A stretch of 58,022 bases of DNA, the filler included, from Circinaria calcarea (Eukaryota), in NCBI GenBank assembly GCA_051942165.1. It is 6 parts of 6 records of this genome, joined end to end, with 100 filler letters (N's around TTAATTAATTAA, not from the genome) between each part and the next. Parts side by side here need not be neighbours in the genome. Positions count along the whole stretch, not along the records: positions 1 to 9,601 come from JAVECS010000908.1; positions 9,702 to 19,298 come from JAVECS010000909.1; 4 more parts are not named here. One strand, given 5' to 3'. Every line of letters starts with the position of its first letter. Position 1 is the stretch's first letter. A program made the position numbers and the translations under genes. This document shows positions 1 through 12,475 of this stretch, in pieces. The notes below the pieces were generated by a model that saw only the letters and a list, made by a program, of their open reading frames with translations, did not search any database and was not told where the DNA came from.

Positions 1-347
1 CCTTATTCCCTTTTCCTTTCACCCTCCTTCCCCCGGTCCTGTCTTCCCCAACCCTTAATAGATTTTCCTCGCACGCAAGCTACGGATAGAGGTATCCTGA
101 GGGGTTACTGGGCTGGGGGAAATAGAAGGGGAAGGAATTCAAAAGGGATTGGGTTCTAGGGGGACGAGGAGAGGTGGGCTGGGGTGGAGAATGTTGGAAG
201 CAGGGAGGTTTAGGGAGGGAGAGGGAGAAGGTGCTTGGTTTGGTTTGGAGATCTGTCATGTCACGTGTGGCAGAGAAGCCCATAACCACCACCGAAAGGA
301 ACACTCCAGCAAATTTAATCATCTCCCACGAAAATGGGGGGGGGATT

Positions 348-2689
348 TCATCCCGTCTTCCCCAACGTCCCCTTCTCAACCGCCGCATCCATCATCCTCC
401 CGCCGCTGATAATCCCCGTCGTGCAAATCAAAATCCTCCGTCTCCCCTCCTCCTTCCGCGCGATGAACCTCAACGCCGCAATCTCCGTAAACGTAATCCC
501 TCCCAGGAACATAACCACGACCGTCTTTCTCCCGCCACCGGTACCGCTGAGGATCTGTCGGGCCTTCGTGGCTGCCTCTTCGCCTCTTTGGATCTTGTTG
601 AAGGTCTCGCCTTTGATGTTCTTGAGCGCGTCTTCGAAGCCCTGCCAGCCGTGCCCGGCGCCGCTGACGCCGTTGGAGGCGGCATTGGCGCCCTTGGTGA
701 CGGAGAGGAGGTAGGGTTTCTGGATGACGCATTGGACCAAGCGGACGCTGAGGGGTGCGTAGCCGCTGTAGACGTAGGCGATATCGTTCGGGTCTTGCTC
801 GTTGACTTCGTTGACGATGAGCCGGAGCACTTTACGGAGGTAGTTGTAGTTGGTCTTTATCCCTGTTGCTGCGCCACCTGGGAGGGCCAGGACGTTGACA
901 GAAGCCCGGGTTTCGAGGAGACGCATTTTCTCGAGGGCAGAAAGGGTAAGGAGGTGTTGGTAGCCGTAAGCTTGCAGGATCAGACGCTTAAAGTTTTCAA
1001 GGTCCTTTTGGCGGATGCCGCCCGAGATGGAAGATTCAAGACACAGCAGGCGGAGGACTGTGGGGAGAGGGGTATCTCGGGCAATGAGTTCTTCGATTGT
1101 GTCATGCTGAGAGGACGGATCAGAGCCTTGTTGAAGGTTTTGCTGGACTTCCAGGACCCGACTGAAGTGGTCTGAACGGGTGTGCTTTGTGATTTCTTCC
1201 GCAAGACTGGTATGGATTTTTAGACTCTGTTGTTCGGCTTGGTAACCTGGTAGTTTGTTCACAAAATCTCGAAGCTCTGAAGTACTCTTTGCACCATGTC
1301 GGCTTTCATAATCATGCTTCAAACGGCGAGCAATCTTGTTTAGTAAATCGCCGACTATGGCGAAATTAGTATCTCGGAGCTGGTCGTAGAGTTTGTCTGA
1401 GGAGTCAAGCTGGATCTTCCGGCTTAGACCTTGTTGAGCCGGAACAGTGGGAGCTTTTCCTTGTTGTCCTGGCGCGGGACCCACGATCGAGGTTTCAATT
1501 TCAGCTTGGTTGTCCTTGATACCGAATAGCTCGTCTATCAATCCTTCATAAGTGAGTTGAGTCAGAAGAACGGTTGCGAAATCGACCTCTCTATCAATGA
1601 TGATGAGACTCTCAATCACTGCGCTGGGCATCATGCCTAATCGTGATGCGCTCGAAGGTTCCTCGGCAGCAACCTCGGATCGCATTCGCAACAGCAACTC
1701 CATCAGGCGATGAGCGTTGTCACCTTTGCCTAGAATGCGGGGAAATAGTCCATGTTTTTGCTGTAAAAGCATAAAAGCCCGAGCTGCAAGGAATGTACAT
1801 GTTGGGTCTTTACGCTGCGTAAATTAGTATGGCTATCCGCTAACAGTTGCCAGAAATTCGTAACATACTAGGTAGAGGTCACCAAAACTATCCTCGAGTT
1901 CCAATGACAGTACGTCCTGCTCGAGCGGGACGAAATATAGCGGAAGCTCTTCTACACTCACATCTCCCAGAACGCCGATATCTTCGAGGATCTTGTTACA
2001 TACTAGCGTCCGCCTCGGAATGAGGAAGATGGAAAACTCATGGTCGACGCTGCTGTTCTTCTGTAGACGCTTAATTTGCTCTAGCCAATAGATGTCAGCA
2101 CGTAATGATGGCGTTGAACTTATGGTGTGTAAAAGGAACACGCTATAGATCATGCCGATGAATAATAAGAATACTTCATCTTGGGATCAAGACTGATTAG
2201 GTAGAGTAAGAAAAAGTCTACGCAATCTACTTTATGATCCCATTTCCGTAGAACAGAGGTAGATACGTGCTTCATTGATAGAATGACTGGCTAAAGAACT
2301 CTTAGGCATAGAAGAACTTTGATAATACGTCTGCCACACACAGATTTACATACGTACCAGCTATAGCCAGCGATCGAGTTGCATTCTCTCCCCGAGCTAA
2401 GAAAATGACGTTCTTTTGGGATGAGTCGACGTTGCTGTTCTCCAAGTAGAAGATTTTATCAACTCCATATTCTTGAAGGGTAGAGAACTTGACAAAGATG
2501 CCAATGGGACCTGCGAGTCCTTTTTCGATAACCAGATTCTTCTTTCCCCGGACCTGCAAGCCATTAGGATATACGAAAATAAATCCACAATGTGTGTAAA
2601 GCCTTACATACGCCTTCGAGTAGGTCCAGAAGATCTTTGCGTGCCTTTTCTTTGATTTGATCAGTCTCGATACCAGGATGAGGAGCCAT
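348..2689 (-). CDS. VPS33: Sec1/Munc18-family vacuolar sorting protein Vps33 (4 exons: 2689-2612, 2553-2358, 2080-1869, 1814-348)
   Basis: Spliced N-terminus MAPHPGIETDQIKEKARKDLLDLLEG/VRGKKNLVI. Vps33-type motifs IIIDREVDFATVLLTQLTYEGLIDE, DIAYVYSGYAPLSVRLV and VVMFLGGITFTEIAALRF. GT-AG introns keep the frame. Confidence 0.95.
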
Positions 2690-2858
2690 TATCTATGTAG
2701 CCTTATATCTAATGGAGATGAGAGAGATCACTGTGGACCTTAGTCATCAGGTAAACCTAGTGTCTCGTGGCTTGTAGGGCTGAAGTTAGAGATCTGCACT
2801 CTAAAACTAATAAATGACTCCCAATCCAAACAATATCACATTACTGGAGAAACCATAC
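2690..2858. promoter_or_regulatory. Very short divergent intergenic region, probably a bidirectional promoter for VPS33 and HTS1
   Basis: Head-to-head start codons only about 125-170 bp apart. Confidence 0.5.
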
Positions 2859-4746
2859 ATGCAGATACCCTTTAAAGCCATTTCAAGGCTTTCATCTTCA
2901 ATTTCATCGACTACAAGATCTGCGAATAAATTTACTCTTGGAAGAAAGAACACATCCAATCAATTGAGAAGGCTTTCACAAGACGCAGACATGGGGAAAG
3001 AAAAGGTGCAATTCCAGCTGAAGACACCAAAGGGGACAAAGGACTGTACGACAATAACAAACCAGTCGCTTTGTGGAATGGCAAAGGTTCTGACTTATGG
3101 AAGGGGAGGGCAAGGACATGATCATCCGCGACCGGATATTCTCCACCATTACTCAGGTTTTCAAACGTCACGGGGCAGTCACAATTGATACGTGAGTATT
3201 CCCTATCTCAAGCTTTTGGAGGCGATCGTTGTAACCTCCCTCGCCTAGCCCGGTGTTTGAACTCAAAGAAATACTGTCTGGTAAATACGGCGAAGACAGC
3301 AAATTAATCTACGATCTCTCCGACCAAGGTGGTGAACTGTGCTCCCTCCGCTACGATCTCACTGTTCCATTCGCCCGATGGCTTGCCATGAACTCCTCTA
3401 TTCAAAACATAAAGCGCTACCACATTGCTAAAGTCTACCGCCGCGATCAGCCCGCAATGACCAAGGGCCGTATGCGCGAATTCTACCAATGCGATTTTGA
3501 TATTGCAGGGCAATACGACCCAATGCTACCAGACGCTGAGATTTTGAGGATTATATGCGAGGTATTTGGGGGCCTGGGGTGGGATGGGCGGTACATGATT
3601 AAGATCAATCACCGAGGAATATTGGATGGCATATTCGCGGTCTGTGGAGTACCAGCGGAGAAGACTCGGACTATCAGTAGCGCAGTGGATAAGTTGGATA
3701 AGTCGCCTTGGGAAGAGGTACGAAAAGAGATGGTGGAGGAAAAGGGCCTAGAACCGGAAACTGCAGATCGAATATGGGGATTTGTGCAAAGAAAAGGGGG
3801 AAGGGATGTTTTGAATATTCTACAAGGAGAAGAAGGGCTGAAGGAGAACCAGAGTATGACGAAGGGAATGGAAGACATGGAGCTACTATTCACTTATCTC
3901 GAAGCGTTTGGGGTTCTTGACAAGGTGGAGTTCAATCTCAGTCTAGCCCGAGGACTGGATTACTACACGGGTGTCATATTTGAGGTTGTCACCGAAGGCT
4001 CCGCGCCCTCATCTACAACCAGCAAGAAAGCCACTCGACCACCGAAACAAAAGGCCAATGATATTGATGATGACCACTCTAACGACCCGTCCGTTGGCGT
4101 AGGTAGCGTTGCGGCTGGTGGCCGTTATGATGGATTAGTTGGCATGTTCTCCGGTAAACAGCAAATCCCCTGTGTTGGCATCTCATTTGGTGTCGATCGG
4201 ATATTCTCAATCACAAAAGCCAGGATGGAAGCAGATAAAGACGCAGCCACGGTGCGGAATACTGAAGTTGACGTCTACGTAATGGCATTTGGTGGCAAAG
4301 GTTTCACGGGCCTGCTCAAAGAGCGAATGGAAGTATGCCGGATGCTTTGGGATGCGGGCATCAAGGTACAATTGAAACTATTCCTCTTGTTTGGTCAAGG
4401 AGTTATACTGACGTAGCTTGGCTAGGCTGAATTTTCCTATAAGCTAAAACCAAAACTTCCTGCGCAGTTCAAACTCGCCGATGTGAATGGTGTGCCGTTT
4501 GCTGTCATCCTAGGCGAAGACGAACAAGCCCAAGGCAAGGTAAAGATTAAGGAATTAGGAGTATCGGACGATCATCCTGAGAAGGAGGGCGTTTTGGTCT
4601 CCTTGTCAGATCTAGTAGTCGAGGTTCGAGAACGAATACGAAAGAAAGCTGGTGCAGAAAGCGTCGATAGGGTTACAGAAGCCACTAACAGGCTAAGTAT
4701 AGGAGGCGAGAAGGAGAACGTGAAAACTGGCGATGACGGGGTTTAA
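2859..4746 (+). CDS. HTS1: Histidyl-tRNA synthetase, probably dual mitochondrial/cytosolic (exons 2859 or 2991-3045, 3104-3191, 3249-4365, 4426-4746)
   Basis: [49 protein letters not shown] and a C-terminal anticodon-binding domain. In-frame ATGs at 2814, 2859 and 2991. Confidence 0.96.
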
Positions 4747-5261
4747 ACCCCCATGAATGTTACCGAATGAACGCATGGTCCAGGTGTTATGCCATGTTCC
4801 AAGGCATGTTTCAAAATCAGGTATAGATGATACCATGCATGGGTCTTGCATTGCATTATCTAGGTAGTACAAGATTAAATCATTCCCAGCAAAACACTGT
4901 CCAACATGCCCATTAGAGCACGCAAAGGTCGCAGAGTAGTAACGGCGGCCTTGCTGGAATTTCTAGAATTTCTTACTCTACCATTGTATTTTGGCCGTTC
5001 ATCTAGTCGATCTGGGAGAGTACCGTTTGCAGAACCAAGCTAGCCGTCTTGAGTGTCTCCAATTCTGGCATAACTTCAGTGTTCGTAGCGAGTTCTATGG
5101 AAGTGCTGTACATTATATCGCCTATAATTTAGTTGTCTGGGGATCAGCCCCAGTGTCTGAAGGGTCATCACAAAGACTAGGGCCCAAATTTAGGCGATCA
5201 AACACCTCCAACAGCTTGGATATCTAAATATCGAGCTGTACGGTAGCTTTCCTCCACCACC

Positions 5262-6874
5262 ATGGAATCTGCCCTGGTTTCCCGGTTGTTCCGCCAGCTA
5301 TTCTCCCACGAGACATGCTCAAGGACTAGATATCTGCGTTCAGTACCATCATCAGCATCTGGACTGTTTTCTAGCCAGGTCCGCCGGATCTCAAGCACGA
5401 GACCGTACGCGAATAATGATTCACCCCGTGAAAGCCATTGGCAGCAGAGGACGGACCTTTTCCCGCAGGACAAGTCGAAGGAGTACGAAAGATATCCTAT
5501 GGTCACAGCAGACTCTTTGAGAAGTCGGAAGGAAAGACCAAAGAGAGTGAAGATGCTCACACGAGACTTTATCGAAGGTGGGTCAGTCTTAGCAAGTTAG
5601 ACGCAGCAGGCTAACAGGCTTGCTTGATAGATAGTCTATACAATCCGAATTACGGATACTTCTCGAAACAGGTCGTCATATTCAGCCCAGGCGATCCATT
5701 CGACTTCAATAACATACGGGGCGAGCCTGAATTCTATAAACTGCTCGGGGAGCGCTACACCGAATTCGAGGATGCTTTGGATGTCAAGTCACCAAATGAT
5801 ACCCGCCAACTCTGGCATACACCTACCGAGCTCTTTCGTCCCTACTATGGGGAGGCCATCGCCCGATATCTCGTTACAAACTACAAACTCTCCCACCATC
5901 CTTACCACGATCTTATAATCTACGAAATGGGTGCTGGAAATGGCACATTGATGCTCAATATCTTGGACTATATCCGTGATCTCCATCCAGATGTTTATTC
6001 CCGAACACAATTCAAAGTCATCGAAATATCCTCTGCCCTGGCCTTCCTCCAGACCTCCCGGTTGGCTTCCTCCGCTTCTTCTCGCGGGCATGCCGACCAT
6101 GTGGAGATTGTCAATCGTTCTATTTTCAATTGGAACACCTACGTACCGTCTCCGTGCTACTTTCTAGCTCTCGAAGTCTTTGATAATTTCGCCCATGATA
6201 GTATCCGGTATAATCCGTTTACCGAAGAGCCTCTTCAGGGAACCGTCCTCATAGATAACACCGGGGACTTTTACGAGTTTTACACACCTGTGATTGATCC
6301 CGTTGCCTCCCGCTTTCTGCGAGTACGCAACGCCGCATGCTCTCAGCCGTTCAACCATCCGCTTCGATCTCCGAGGATATTGCGAAACATAAAATCCAGA
6401 TTGCCATTCGCGCCAAACTTGACTGTTCCCGAGTACATACCTACGCGGTTGATGCAGTTTTTTGACATATTGCATGAATACTTTCCTTTACATTGGCTCT
6501 TGACCAGCGATTTTCATTCCCTTCCTGACACAATCAAAGGCTTCAATGCTCCTGTTGTACAAACTAGATACAAACGGCGTGTCGTGCCCGTTAGCACGCC
6601 CTTTGTAGGTCCATTCTTTACTAAACTCAGTATATCATCAGCTAGCAATGTTAATACTGCGCAGGTTCAGCAAGGCTACTTTGATATTCTCTTCCCCACG
6701 GACTTTGCTGTTATGGAAGATATTTACCGTGCAATTACCGGCAAACTGACACGTGTACTAAGTCACGAGGATTTTCTTCAGCGGTGGGCCTACGTGGGGG
6801 ATACGCAAACAAGGAGCGGAGAGAATCCACTACTAAGCTGGTACAAGAATGCCAGTGTCATGACCACTGTATAA
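5262..6874 (+). CDS. Mitochondrial SAM-dependent methyltransferase, MidA/NDUFAF7 (DUF185) family (exons 5262-5577, 5631-6604, 6665-6874)
   Basis: Arg/Ser-rich presequence-like N-terminus. DFIEDSLYNPNYGYF, IYEMGAGNGTL (SAM motif I) and ALEVFDNFAHD. Confidence 0.88.
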
Positions 6875-8248
6875 ACAGGCCGGTACCTGAGGCGAGAGTG
6901 ATAGATTAAGAAAAGCTGTCACATGCACACCGAGCCCCCTGAGTGAATTGGCATATGTGATAATGTCGTTCTCTTCTCGTTTGATATCGCTTGTCTTTGG
7001 TATAAAGTCATTTCATTTCTTGGTATAGTTGATTGATGCACCAACTGAGCTAACCCTCTCCCCTAACATCTTATGCACAGTACATTTACGCATATAACTT
7101 TCCCCGTTACTGGTACACTTGAAAATTCCTAAGTTCCTATCTCGAGCTTGTTCGTAAGTAAAATAGCTAATTTCTTACCCTTAGTGTCTTCTACTGGCTC
7201 GGACAGACCCTCAAGAACCTGCATCCATAGCATACCTATGAGCTATTAGTTACCCCCGACTCGTTTGCGAATCGCATGGCTTAGACTTAACGAGAAGCAG
7301 TCAATTCTACATCCACCTCTGAATCTTTTATTTAACCACATCAGACCTTTCAACTATCGACCCCCTTCATACCTAGAAACCGCGAGTGCCCTCAAGCTCG
7401 TGTGTGAGCAATACGAAATGGGCTTGGTGAAAGCCAGTCACCTTCTTCCTGCTACAGCCCGTCACTCACGTGCGGATACATCGAGTGGATATACCACGAG
7501 GTAAAGGAAACATACGTCGGCTATGCTGCTGTTTCTAACCTAGCCCAGATGGAGCAGATTTTCAAACTGTGATATCCGTGAAAGGTCACTGCACTCCTGC
7601 TCTTTGTTTGCAGCGCGCCTCAAACGTATTTCTTGTGTGTCTCAGACCTTCTGTACCTCTTAAAGGAACAAAGACCAAGGTGCAGCATCAACTTCAAGGG
7701 CATATCTCACCTACGTAGGGTTCGGGTTCCGAGATGTTCAGGCATGGTACCTAACCTTGAGATATAAAGAAAACATCAATGAAGCCTAGTGCTTGTGCTC
7801 CAGCTGTTCTAGAATTGTCAGACGGTCTACGTATTTGGTATTGAAGTTCTTCTCAACGTATCAATGGATAAAACATACGCCTTCAGAGATGTCAACAGGC
7901 AGATCACCATACAGTACCTGTCTCATAGAATACACATCTTATTCTAGGGCATAGGAACTCCTCCATGAGTAACTCATTCTACATATCTGCAAGTACCCGA
8001 CCACCAACCATACAATACCTTACAGTCGGAAAGATCAGCTACATCTAGGTTCGGTGCCTTATCATTGTGGGCTTCCTTCCTTATCTTTCCTCCCCAAAGC
8101 TGCTTATAGCCTTTCATAAGCCTTCATAGTACAAAGTTACGACATCTCAACCGATAGTTCAACAATCACCACATATTACGAATCCTAAAAGGTAGCTATA
8201 TGAAGTCAAAGGCATTGTAAAATGACTGACTTCGCATGAGTAGAAGCG

Positions 8249-8923
8249 ATGGATACTACAATGAAGCCAAAAGACTCATCCACTAAGCAGTCCAGAAAGC
8301 CATCCTGGACGGTAGCAAAGAAAACAATGACAAAAGCATTGAGTCAAAAGGCGTACAACGCAGCCAAGGGCATGTACGACGTTGACTATTCTGATGAGGA
8401 CTTCCATTTGACGGAGGATTCCAATGTCCAATGTGCTGTCCGATTGGTTCTAGAGGATCTCGCTCTCCAGCTGCACCAACTTGGTGACAGGCAAAAACAT
8501 CTCCTCCAGGCGCTCGGTGACGCTCGCACCGAGTCTATCGAATGTCGCTCCGCGATCCGATTGTACCAACGGGATCATCTCCGAATATGCGAGCAGGGGC
8601 TGGAGAAGGATTGGATGGTCGGGACGGTATACGGTGACAAGCTCAAAGCGGCCTTTGAAGCCTTGAACGAGATCAAAAAGGAACCGACTGCTCTACTCGA
8701 TAAGAAGACGAGACTTACGAACCTAGAAGGTCAGCCCTGTCTGGTCTCCACAACTATGCTCAGATTAATAAAGGAGAATAGTGCAGCTCATCAACGAGGT
8801 TATGGAAGGCCGAGATTAAAATCGAGAGGGGGTAGCGAGACAATGTTGCACATCGGTGCAGAAGCTATGGATGTAAGGTGTAGAAGGCAGACTAGAAAAC
8901 GTTCAAGATTCTTCCTACTCTGA
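8249..8923 (+). CDS. Hypothetical protein; 3' end uncertain (possible intron from GTAAGG near 8873)
   Basis: 224-codon ATG ORF with helical, coiled-coil-like composition, preceded by an intron-like CTGAC...TAG. No family recognised. Confidence 0.45.
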   Translation: MDTTMKPKDSSTKQSRKPSWTVAKKTMTKALSQKAYNAAKGMYDVDYSDEDFHLTEDSNVQCAVRLVLEDLALQLHQLGDRQKHLLQALGDARTESIECRSAIRLYQRDHLRICEQGLEKDWMVGTVYGDKLKAAFEALNEIKKEPTALLDKKTRLTNLEGQPCLVSTTMLRLIKENSAAHQRGYGRPRLKSRGGSETMLHIGAEAMDVRCRRQTRKRSRFFLL

Positions 8924-9400
8924 CTAACGGTAAAAAAGTACCGCACTCCATCGTGAGCCCTAGGGAAACCCCGCCTGCCAAGCCATATCATTCCCCTTCC
9001 CAGTACCTGACCACTCTCTCAACAGCCCGTGCTAAAACCCAGTGTTCTATCAGCAAGATTTCATCCACCAAGAACCAAGAGCCCTAACCTCCGAACTCCC
9101 CTCTCACCTCCTCCTCCTCCACCACCACCATCTCCCCCTTCACCCTCACCAACCTCTCCTTTCCCCCCCAAACCAAAAAGAAAAAAATAGAGAAAACACG
9201 AGAGAGAGTTTGAGAAAGGCGTGAATCAACGCAGGGGGGTCGGCGAAACGAACCCACAAAATCGGCCAGTTAACGGGTGGAACATGTCAGGTAATGAATG
9301 GCCTCTCGAATCCATTATACAAACACAAGTTCTTTCAAATTGGGGGGTCCGGGACCCGTGAAGTTCTAGAGATGAGTAACCTGAACGTGTCATGATGGGA

Positions 9401-9601
9401 GCATAGCTCCTGAGGAAGAAGAAGAAGAAGAAGAAGAAGGGAAATAAAGGGGAATTCTTACCTCCGTCGTCCACACCATCTTCCAAGGCTTCGAAAATTG
9501 ATAATACTTCCCTCCCCGGAAGATGGTGTGGACGACGGAGGTAAGAATTCCCCTTTATTTCCCTTCTTCTTCTTCTTCTTCTTCTTCCTCAGGAGCTATG
9601 C
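9401..9601. repeat. Perfect 84-bp inverted repeat (9401-9484 and 9518-9601, 33-bp spacer) containing (GAA)8/(TTC)8
   Basis: The arms are exact reverse complements, and the second arm ends at the last base of the contig. Confidence 0.95.
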
Positions 9602-9701
9602 NNNNNNNNNNNNNNNNNNNNNNNNNNNNNNNNNNNNNNNNNNNNTTAATTAATTAANNNNNNNNNNNNNNNNNNNNNNNNNNNNNNNNNNNNNNNNNNN
9701 N
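9602..9701. other. Artificial contig linker N44-TTAATTAATTAA-N44
   Basis: 100-bp spacer with stops in all six frames; occurs five times. Confidence 0.99.
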
Positions 9702-10856
9702 TTTTTCAGCTTCAACAAGCAAACCTCCCTCCCCCTCATCACCATCCTCGCTCCTAAATCAAACCTCCGAAAATGTAAAGTATTAAGCCGTAGGTGACTT
9801 AGTACCTGAATAGTTAAATTTTCAAAACTTCCTCCGTCCACAGGGAAAGCTCCTTTTTCCCACATCCCACATCCCCATCACCCTTCTCCATCTCCATCTT
9901 TAGGACACATGTTTAGATCAGTAACTAATAAATTCTACAAAAAGATCTGAGAATTTCCAATGTTACTCGGCCCTTTGCTTATTTTTGGAGGCTTTGAGGC
10001 TTTGAGCATTTTGAGCATCTTGAGCATCTTGGGGTAGATGTTACGTTATGATAGTTAGAAAGGGTTTTTATTGGGTGGGGGTTTGTTAGTTGGGAAGGGG
10101 GAAGGGGGAAGGGGAATTGAAATTACCTTAATGGGTTCTGGGAAAACCCGAATGCGATCCGATCCCATCCGATCCCCTGCGAATTCTTTAGTTGGGAGAT
10201 TGGGAAAATAAGGCGGAGAGAATAAGGGCTGGGTAATCAGCCTTACCATTGGGGGACTTGGGTTCTGTGGGTGGGGGGACGTGGCACTCGAGATTGCGAA
10301 ACAGGCGCTTCCTCCTTCTGTGGGGAGGATTACCGCATCTGTAATGGGTCTCACCCGACGTCAAATTCGGTAGTAACAATTCGTGATACTAAAATATATA
10401 CTCTTTTTCCTTCCTGATCTCCGTCTAGCGTTGGGCTCTCCCAATGCCAAAATCTCGATGACGATTTTTTTGGCTGTATGATACAAGGAGGGGGGGGTAT
10501 TACCAGAGCAAATCCGAGATGTGTTTCCTCGCTGTCTTGCTGCTCATTGTCCTCTGGGTTTCGTTTTATCGGAGTTTTATCCGCCGGACGCGGGATGCCA
10601 CCCTGTCATCTTCAATCTCTATTGTTTTCCGCGCCTATGCTTTCAAATCCTGGTGTGGGAGCTGATTTGGGAGCTGTTTTATGGATCCCCAAACCGCGAT
10701 AAGATCTCACAGTCTTGAAACATCCTCTCCAATTCTGCATAGCCGGCCATGGGCTCTAGGGGTTAGCTTGTGGGGGTCCTACATAAAGGTCCGAGAGCCA
10801 TAGGGTTACTCGGATCTACAATATCCTTGTGGTCGATTATAGATAGATTGATCGAT

Positions 10857-12054
10857 ATGCGAGGGTTTTTGTTGATAAGCGTCGCGGCCCTGGCCCACTG
10901 CGCTACGCTCAAATATAACATCTCTCCTCAAGACGCTGCATTCAATGCCCTTCACAGTCGAAAAATACCACAGGCTGCGAAAGAGTCCATGGTCGGTCTG
11001 CCGCAGGAGCACGGCATCCGAACTTCTTACACCGGGTATGGCGGGTATGTGGAGAAATTCCCCACGTGTGACCATGTGACTAGGTAGAGCCAGGGAACTA
11101 ACTGGTTCGTCCCACAGTACACATGGCCATCTTGAAAACCGTCATTCAGGTAGCCCCCAAGACGACAGAATCGATCCAGGTAGGGAGGATTCCCCGGGCC
11201 TCACACCGTCTAAATTCACCTCCCGCGCCTCCGAGGTGGATCCCTGGAAGGTACCACACACCCCATTCTTCTTGAGGATACGAGTGGGCCACGTTTTACC
11301 CGGAAACACTGTTTTATTCCTGCTGGCCGAAGCCGCCGGCGCGCTACAAGACCACCTCCAACAGTATGGCAACGTGCCTATTGCTGACAACCTTTTCAGA
11401 TATGCAGTAGGCAATGTCCGACTCCGGTTCTGGGACCAGGCCGACCACCACATCACCTGGGGCGAGATGCTGGCGATCATTGGGGCCGTGTGGGACTTCA
11501 TGCAGAAGTTCAACTGTTTTGGCGGTGGCGTGGTTGAAATCCTTGACGATGCCTGGCGCCACATCGGGTATGGCATTATAGGTCCCCGGACCCTTCCCCC
11601 GAGAAGGCGAGAACGATCGATGCTCGCTCGAGACGGACTCTTCCTTACTGCTCGAGATCCTGCCCACTGGCACATCGAGGACTCCGGGATCTACCTTATC
11701 ATCCATCTGAATCGATTGATCTCCGGCAATGGTGTTTTGTTTCTCCTCACCGAAGCAGTCGGCATGGTGGAAGATCGGCTCCTACAATACGGCGATGTGT
11801 CTACCCACACCCATTCCCTCGAGTGGCGAGAAAAAGGCCTGAAACTAGTGATCAATATGATGAATGACTATGAGGCCGATTGGGGCGAAATCCTAAGCAT
11901 TCTCGCTCAATTGTGGACGTTCATGAACGAGCATCGGTTCGGAACCGCGAGCTTTGCTGTTTACACTAAACAATTCACGCGGGTCCCGATCGCAAGTGGT
12001 TTGATTAGTAGTATACACATTGAGGAGTTTGGTAGTGGCCTGAAAATCCCATAA
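10857..12054 (+). CDS. Putative secreted protein (~371 aa) with two tandem ~115-aa domains (exons 10857-11035, 11118-12054)
   Basis: Signal-peptide-like MRGFLLISVAALAHC. Intron GTATGG..ACTAAC..CAG joins into the 11236 frame. Internal repeat GNTVLFLLAEA..LQQYGNV..TWGEMLAII..VWDFM vs GNGVLFLLTEA..LLQYGDV..DWGEILSIL..LWTFM. Confidence 0.8.
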
Positions 12055-12475
12055 CGTTATATTCGTAAATGATCTAGGATTTAACACGAATTCCTAGCCT
12101 TTCATATACAAGCTTTTCAGATATCAGCATCGGAAATTGAATTGTAATAATGTAAACCCAGGCGATTAGAACAATAGGTTTTAAATGTTGTTCTTACTGG
12201 CTTCGCTAAAAGGGAAGGTGACTATTCGGATGAGGCGAGAGGCTCTTGGTTAGTGGTGGACTAGGGGAGTTAAATAATGGGATGAAGCTTGGAGAAGAGA
12301 GGAGGAAAAGCAAGGGGGGAAGGGGAAAGGAAAGGGAAGAGAGAGAGGGAGAAGAGAAGTAATGAATTCGGATGTTTAGGCGCGGGACTTTCCGGAATCG
12401 GAAAACCAAAAAGGGGTTTTGGGATACAAATTCTGACTGATTCGGTCGCGATATATTGCTTCCCCTGTTTCTCGT

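Noticed and set aside
174..1175. 333-aa plus-strand ORF and other long antisense ORFs (e.g. 20155-20790, 41334-41939)
   Set aside because: Shadows of the real genes on the opposite strand.
9646..9657. TTAATTAATTAA as a biological repeat or CRISPR-like element
   Set aside because: It is embedded in N runs at fixed geometry and is a synthetic six-frame stop linker.
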